From Chitinophaga pinensis (GTDB lineage Bacteria; Bacteroidota; Bacteroidia; Chitinophagales; Chitinophagaceae): 64,000 bases of DNA. The stretch spans positions 8,983 through 72,982 of the forward strand of contig CALRLY020000009.1 in assembly GCA_943368955.1 (NCBI GenBank), given 5' to 3'. Positions 58,581 to 64,000 of this stretch are shown here, piece by piece. A program made the translations under genes and the position numbers. The notes under the pieces are model-generated. The model ran no database searches and was not told the DNA's origin. It saw nothing but the letters and a program-made list of their open reading frames with translations. Within the stretch, counting starts at the first letter, position 1, and each line of letters opens with the position of its first letter.

Positions 58581-61500
58581 ATACTATATAGTTGCTGAAA
58601 ATCCGGAAAGTACCGTTGTAGCGGAGTATCAGACTCCCTACATACGAGAAACTGCCTACCAAACAGAAGACCAATTGGAAAAGGCATTTATCCAATTGCT
58701 GCAAGGTCAGGCTTATGATTATTTAACCATTACCAGTGAAGCAGCACTTACCAATAATCTTCGTTTGCAATTACAGAAGCTGAACAACTATACCTTCAGC
58801 GATAAAGAGTGGGATCATTTTTTTAAAAGCAAAATTGCGAACCCAAATAGCGGAATTGAAGAAAAAACATCTTTGATACAGGAAGACCATATTCAAATCC
58901 TGGATTGTGATGATGGCACAAAAAAGAACATTTACCTGCTGGATAAAACGAATATCCATAACAATCAATTGCAGGTCATTAATCAATATGAAGTTGCAGA
59001 TGGGCAGCGACCAAACCGGTATGATGTTACTATACTGGTAAACGGTTTACCATTGGTACATATTGAGTTAAAGAAAAGGGGTGTAGATATTAAAGAAGCC
59101 TTCAACCAGATTAACCGTTATAACCGTGAATCTTTCTGGAGTGGCTCAGGCTTGTTTGAGTATGTGCAATTATTCGTCATATCCAACGGAACTTATACTA
59201 AGTACTACAGCAACACCACAAGGTTTTCGCATGTAAAGGAACAAAGCCGCAGTGCTACAGTCAATAAGAAACGAACCAGTAACAGCTTTGAGTTTACTTC
59301 CTGGTGGGCAGATGCCAATAACCGTCCGATTACAGACCTGATGGATTTTGGTCGCACTTTTTTCGCCAAGCACACATTGTTAAATGTTCTTTGCAAGTAC
59401 TGCGTGTTTACAACAGACAAACTGTTATTGGCTATGCGTCCTTACCAGATTGTGGCAACAGAAAGGATTTTAGGACGAATCAATACAGCCAATAACTACA
59501 AAGCCTATGGTAGTATTAATGCCGGTGGGTATATATGGCATACAACAGGCAGCGGCAAAACGCTTACATCGTTCAAAACGGCACAATTAGCCAGCAAGTT
59601 GCCATTCATAACCAAAGTGTTGTTTGTGGTAGACAGGAAAGACCTGGACTATCAAACCATGAAGGAATATGATAAGTTTGAAAAGGGAGCTGCAAACAGT
59701 AATACCAACACTTCCATTCTAAAGAAGCAACTAAGCGACCCTAAGGCAAACATTATCATTACTACGATTCAGAAATTATCTATTCTGATAAAGAAAGAAA
59801 AGAATCACCTGGCCTTCAAAGAGTCGATTGTAATAATATTTGATGAATGCCATCGTTCGCAGTTTGGCGATATGCATAAGGCTATCACCAAAGCCTTTAA
59901 GAAATATTTTCTGTTCGGTTTTACCGGTACACCCATATTTGCTATCAATGCCAGCAGCAGCAACAAACCCGATTTAAAAACCACAGAACAGGCTTTTGGT
60001 CAAAAGCTGCACACTTATACCATTGTAGATGCCATCAATGATAAAAATGTGCTGCCGTTTCGTATTGACTACATACGAACAATGAAAGAGCAGGAAGAAA
60101 TTAAGGATGAAAAAGTTTGGGACATAGATAGAGAAAGGGCATTGGCAGCACCACAACGTATAAGCAATGTGGTAACTTATATTTTAGAACATTTTGACCA
60201 GAAGACAAAGCGAAACAGCAAACCTTACAACTTTACTTCCTTAAAGAACATTTACGAAGTTGTATCTGCGAAGGACCGTAACAAAATTGAAGAAGTAAAA
60301 CAGAAAATCAGACTCACAGGCTTCAATTCCATTTTTGCAGTGAGTTCTATCGACTTTGCTAAATTGTATTACAATGAGTTTAAAACGCAACAAAGCAGCT
60401 TGCCGGAATTACAGCGTTTGAAAGTGGCCACTATTTTCAGCTTTGGTGTAAACGATGATGATGAAGATGGGCTGCCTGATGAGAACTCAGAAGGTACAGA
60501 AGGCCTGAGTGTATCTGATAGAGATTTTCTGGAAAAAGCAATCAGCGATTACAACCAGATTTTCAAAACGAATTATGATACATCAACCGAAAAATTCCAG
60601 AACTACTATAAGGATGTATCCCTGCGAATGAAGAACAGGGAAATTGATTTACTTATTGTAGTAAATATGTTCCTGACGGGTTTTGATGCTACCACACTCA
60701 ATACACTTTGGGTAGATAAAAACCTTAGGTTACATGGCCTGCTACAGGCATATTCCAGAACCAACCGCATTTTAAATTCGGTAAAAACGTTTGGAAACAT
60801 TGTTTGCTTCAGAAACTTGGAGAAGGCTACCAATGAAAGTATCGCATTGTTTGGCGATAAAGAAGCCGGAGGTATTGTACTGCTAAAAACCTTTGATGAA
60901 TATTATAATGGCTATAAGGATGGTGAAAAAACATACCCTGGATACGTTTCACTCATCAACGAACTCATTGCCAAATTTCCGGTGGGTGAACAGATAATAG
61001 GAGAGCAAAATCAAAAAGCCTTTATCCGTTTGTATGGTTCCATTCTAAAAGCAAAAAATATACTCACCACTTTTGATGAATTTACAGGAAGGGAAATACT
61101 TAGTGAAAGGGATGTACAGGATTACCATAGCATGTACATCAATCTTTACCATGAGTTCCGAAACAGAAATACGGGTGATGCAGAAAATGTGAATGATGAT
61201 ATTGTTTTTGAAATGGAGTTGATAAAGCAAGTAGAGATCAATATCGACTACATTTTGGAACTCATCAGAAAATATCATGAAGGTCACCTAAGGGATAAGG
61301 AGATAATCATCAGTATCAACAAGGCAATTGATTCCAGTGTAGAATTACGGAACAAAAAAGACCTTATTGAAAAGTTCATTCAATCACTTACACCGGGCTC
61401 AAAGGTTACAGATGATTGGGAGAGTTTTGTTGAACAAAAAAAGCTGGAAGAATTAGATCAAATTATTGTTGAAGAAGAGCTTGATAAAGAAGAGACCTAC

Positions 61501-61689
61501 AAGTTTATCCACAATGCTTTTCGGGATGGATATGTACAAACTACCGGTACTGGATTAGCGAAGATTCTTCCACCGGTTTCGAGGTTTACACCTACTGGCG
61601 AAAGAACCCAAAAAAGAGAATCTGTTATTGAGAAAATTAAGGCATTCTTCAACAGGTTCTGGGATATTTCAGGTGGTATGTTGGAATAA
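58573..61689 (+). CDS. hsdR: Type I RM restriction subunit R (EcoR124I-like)
   Basis: Nuclease RYDVTILVNGLPLVHIELK...QINRY; helicase WHTTGSGKTLT, DECHRSQFG, GFTGTP, FLTGFDA, QAYSRTNR. Confidence 0.97.
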   Translation: MDKYYIVAENPESTVVAEYQTPYIRETAYQTEDQLEKAFIQLLQGQAYDYLTITSEAALTNNLRLQLQKLNNYTFSDKEWDHFFKSKIANPNSGIEEKTSLIQEDHIQILDCDDGTKKNIYLLDKTNIHNNQLQVINQYEVADGQRPNRYDVTILVNGLPLVHIELKKRGVDIKEAFNQINRYNRESFWSGSGLFEYVQLFVISNGTYTKYYSNTTRFSHVKEQSRSATVNKKRTSNSFEFTSWWADANNRPITDLMDFGRTFFAKHTLLNVLCKYCVFTTDKLLLAMRPYQIVATERILGRINTANNYKAYGSINAGGYIWHTTGSGKTLTSFKTAQLASKLPFITKVLFVVDRKDLDYQTMKEYDKFEKGAANSNTNTSILKKQLSDPKANIIITTIQKLSILIKKEKNHLAFKESIVIIFDECHRSQFGDMHKAITKAFKKYFLFGFTGTPIFAINASSSNKPDLKTTEQAFGQKLHTYTIVDAINDKNVLPFRIDYIRTMKEQEEIKDEKVWDIDRERALAAPQRISNVVTYILEHFDQKTKRNSKPYNFTSLKNIYEVVSAKDRNKIEEVKQKIRLTGFNSIFAVSSIDFAKLYYNEFKTQQSSLPELQRLKVATIFSFGVNDDDEDGLPDENSEGTEGLSVSDRDFLEKAISDYNQIFKTNYDTSTEKFQNYYKDVSLRMKNREIDLLIVVNMFLTGFDATTLNTLWVDKNLRLHGLLQAYSRTNRILNSVKTFGNIVCFRNLEKATNESIALFGDKEAGGIVLLKTFDEYYNGYKDGEKTYPGYVSLINELIAKFPVGEQIIGEQNQKAFIRLYGSILKAKNILTTFDEFTGREILSERDVQDYHSMYINLYHEFRNRNTGDAENVNDDIVFEMELIKQVEINIDYILELIRKYHEGHLRDKEIIISINKAIDSSVELRNKKDLIEKFIQSLTPGSKVTDDWESFVEQKKLEELDQIIVEEELDKEETYKFIHNAFRDGYVQTTGTGLAKILPPVSRFTPTGERTQKRESVIEKIKAFFNRFWDISGGMLE

Positions 61690-61741
61690 CTTTTCAAAGG
61701 CAAACCAACCTGAACATTTAATAATGAAATAAAAAACAGAT

Positions 61742-62653
61742 ATGGCACTATACATAAATCACACCGGCAAACTCAAGGAGGTAAAAGAAAAGCCCTTCAA
61801 ATTGGAAAAAGACATACAGAAAGTGTTTGAAGCCAATCTGTGTGATATTATGGGCTTGGAATTGGTGAAGAGTGAGTTTACCATCAAAAACAAGCGTATA
61901 GATACGTTGGCTTATGATACACAGGCTTCCGCCTTCATCATTATTGAGTACAAGCGGGACAAGAATATTAGTGTGGTGGACCAGGGTTTTACCTACCTGA
62001 GTCTGATGCTGGAAAACAAAGCTGATTTTATTGTAGAGTATAACGAAAGTCTGAAACGCAACCTGAAACGGGAGGATGTAGATTGGAGCCAAACAAGGGT
62101 TGCATTTGTATCTACCAATTTTACCGACAACCAGGTGCAGGCAACAAACTTCAAAGACATTGCCATTGAATTATGGGAGGTAAAACAGTTTGAGAATGAT
62201 ACCATCATGATCAATCCTGTCAAGAAATCAAATGCAGCCGAAAGTATCAAGCCATTAACCCAGAATAAGGAAGCACTTAAAAAGGTAACCGAAGAAATAA
62301 AGGTCTACACAGAGGAAGAACATCTGTCAAAAACCAGCGAAGCCATTGCCGAATTGTATGAGAAATTCAGGCAAGGAATACTGCAATTGGCTGATGAAAT
62401 CGAAATCAAGCCAAAGAAGATGGAAATAGGCTTTAGAAAAGACAGTAAAGTGTTTGCAGATATATGTATCCTGAAAAACTCCCTGAAAATGTGGATTAAC
62501 TTAAAAAAAGGAAAATTAGATGACCCCAAGCAGCTGGCAGAAGATGTTTCAGAAAAAGGGCATTGGGGCAATGGAGATTATCAATTACAGGTTGAGTCTG
62601 ATGTAAATCTTGAATACATTATGAGCTTGATAAAGCAAGCAATAAAGAAATAA
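61742..62653 (+). CDS. Predicted PD-(D/E)xK nuclease (NucS-like N-terminus) with DUF5655-like C-terminal domain
   Basis: LEKDIQ...RIDTLAYD...FIIIEYKRD...DQGFTY; C-terminal IEIKPKKMEIGF...KGHWGNGDY. Confidence 0.75.
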   Translation: MALYINHTGKLKEVKEKPFKLEKDIQKVFEANLCDIMGLELVKSEFTIKNKRIDTLAYDTQASAFIIIEYKRDKNISVVDQGFTYLSLMLENKADFIVEYNESLKRNLKREDVDWSQTRVAFVSTNFTDNQVQATNFKDIAIELWEVKQFENDTIMINPVKKSNAAESIKPLTQNKEALKKVTEEIKVYTEEEHLSKTSEAIAELYEKFRQGILQLADEIEIKPKKMEIGFRKDSKVFADICILKNSLKMWINLKKGKLDDPKQLAEDVSEKGHWGNGDYQLQVESDVNLEYIMSLIKQAIKK

Positions 62654-62710
62654 AAACATTTTCTTGATACTTGGAATGCAGCAAATGTTTTATCTAAAAT
62701 TGGTTTGTTT

Positions 62711-64000
62711 ATGACTGAAGTAAAAAAAGAAGATAATAAGTCTGAGTGCAAACTCTGGTTTTCTAGGTGGTCAAACTTTAATATGCAAGCTTACAGGGAT
62801 GACATGAGTCTTTCTGTAATTTGTTGGTCATTTGCATTTCTTGCAATAGTTGTAGTTTTCCAAACACCAATACAACAGTTTCTTAACTATTTCATAGTAG
62901 ACCCGTTTTTGTCTCTTTGTAAAAAGACATTCGTCGTTGATATTATTTTTTTAACATTATTATCCATATCGCTTATATTTTTTGTTCAGCAGATCAGAAA
63001 GCACAAGGTTCCAACATTAAACTCGTTGGTTTTATCTACTGTTATTTTCAGTTTGTATTATTTTGTATTTAAAAATGAGAATGGTTATGTGTTTTACCAT
63101 TTTACTATTGAATATTTAAATCAATTTACATACTCATTTGTCTCAATATTTAGTATGTTAATTTTAAGTATTTCATATCGTTTATATCAACTGCCACTTA
63201 CAAAAGGTCCTTCAAGGTTTTCATTCATAGAGGATAGTCCCTCAATAGAGAAATATAATGATGTATATAGTAGATCGTTATATGCGGAATCGGTGGCCAA
63301 ACATTTAGAAAGCACATCTACTGATGAATCATTTGCCGTTGGAGTAATAGGAGATTGGGGTTCGGGGAAAAGTGATTTTATGAATCGATTAAAGAAATGT
63401 TTGGAACAAAATAATGACAATATAGTATTTACATTTAATCCATGGCGGATTAATAAAGTAGATGGCATAGTTGAGGAGTTTTTTAATTCTTTATCAAAGC
63501 ATCTTGAACCTTTTAATCAATCAATAGGTAGTATAATTAACGATTATTCTTCCAGGGTTTTAAAAGGCGCAAGAGAGACTCAATTGAAGCTAATTGACGC
63601 CTTAATTGATAACTGGTTTCAAGAGAAAGATATTCATGAGAGATATAAAAAAATAAATGATTCTATAAAGGCTACGTCAAAGAGATTAGTTGTTTTCATA
63701 GATGACGTTGATCGTTTAACAGCAAAAGAGATCATAGAGGTTTTACGAATAATAAGAAATACTGCAAGTTTTGCTAACACATTTTTTATTGTTAGTATCG
63801 ATCAAAAATATATAATTGAAGTTTTAAAAAACACAAAAGAGATCACAAATGAAGAAGAATATCTTAAGAAAGTTTTTCAGCTTACGATCACTCTTCCGAC
63901 ATTTAAAAAGCAAGTATTTACCAATGAATTTAAGAAACACATTTTAACCTCTGATCTTTCAGAAAAAGAGAAACGTTTATTATCTTCTAACTTTTCAATT
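62711..64000 (+). CDS. KAP-family P-loop NTPase with N-terminal TM helices, truncated by the window edge
   Basis: My translation from ATG 62711 is open to the window end: about 4 hydrophobic helices, Walker A GVIGDWGSGKS, FNPW, Walker B LVVFIDDVDRL, YLKKVFQL. Confidence 0.9.
   Translation, partial: MTEVKKEDNKSECKLWFSRWSNFNMQAYRDDMSLSVICWSFAFLAIVVVFQTPIQQFLNYFIVDPFLSLCKKTFVVDIIFLTLLSISLIFFVQQIRKHKVPTLNSLVLSTVIFSLYYFVFKNENGYVFYHFTIEYLNQFTYSFVSIFSMLILSISYRLYQLPLTKGPSRFSFIEDSPSIEKYNDVYSRSLYAESVAKHLESTSTDESFAVGVIGDWGSGKSDFMNRLKKCLEQNNDNIVFTFNPWRINKVDGIVEEFFNSLSKHLEPFNQSIGSIINDYSSRVLKGARETQLKLIDALIDNWFQEKDIHERYKKINDSIKATSKRLVVFIDDVDRLTAKEIIEVLRIIRNTASFANTFFIVSIDQKYIIEVLKNTKEITNEEEYLKKVFQLTITLPTFKKQVFTNEFKKHILTSDLSEKEKRLLSSNFSI

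Larger units (their letters stand above)
50142..64000. mobile_element. Genomic (defence) island inserted at tRNA-Asn; extends beyond the window
   Basis: Abrupt shift to AT-rich sequence right after the tRNA 3' end; all genes co-oriented; RM, WYL and KAP cargo. No integrase or second att site is visible in the window. Confidence 0.75.

Noticed and set aside
58560-58600. prrC-like gene between hsdS and hsdR
   Set aside because: hsdS and hsdR overlap by 8 bp, so there is no intervening gene.
1-64000. CRISPR array or cas genes
   Set aside because: I saw no regularly spaced repeat-spacer series and no Cas motifs.

Overview
This is a Bacteroidota chromosomal segment, probably Chitinophagaceae. 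That placement is inferred from T9SS type-B C-terminal domains, a PorP/SprF gene and TAnnTTTG -7 promoter boxes. Bases 1-50141 are mostly core or ordinary accessory genes: a partial serine hydrolase, pcrA/uvrD, cvfB, an adhesin/two-component operon with two IgGFc-binding/PKD paralogs, an Asp-box T9SS protein with sprF, an MBL-rhodanese fusion, an amidohydrolase pair, sixA, purF, a MarR-controlled triple-pirin operon, an AT-rich multi-PAS kinase module, surA, rimP-nusA-infB, tRNA(CAT), hflX, a Rieske protein and tRNA-Asn. Directly after tRNA-Asn an AT-rich island begins (50142 to beyond 64000). It carries an orphan membrane protein, a WYL regulator, an unusual 819-aa fusion, a coupled 393-aa receiver protein, a complete type I (IC-like) hsdM-hsdS-hsdR, a PD-(D/E)xK/DUF5655-like nuclease and a membrane KAP NTPase cut by the window edge. 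The 819-aa fusion joins an HsdM-like N6-methyltransferase, one HsdS-like target-recognition domain and a complete histidine kinase. The 393-aa protein has a receiver domain, a HEPN-like helical domain and a cold-shock-like OB domain. This methyltransferase-kinase/receiver pair inside a restriction-modification operon is the best candidate for an undescribed system: a phosphorelay that may guard the RM system. Domain calls come from motif reading only; no database searches were run, so novelty is unverified.
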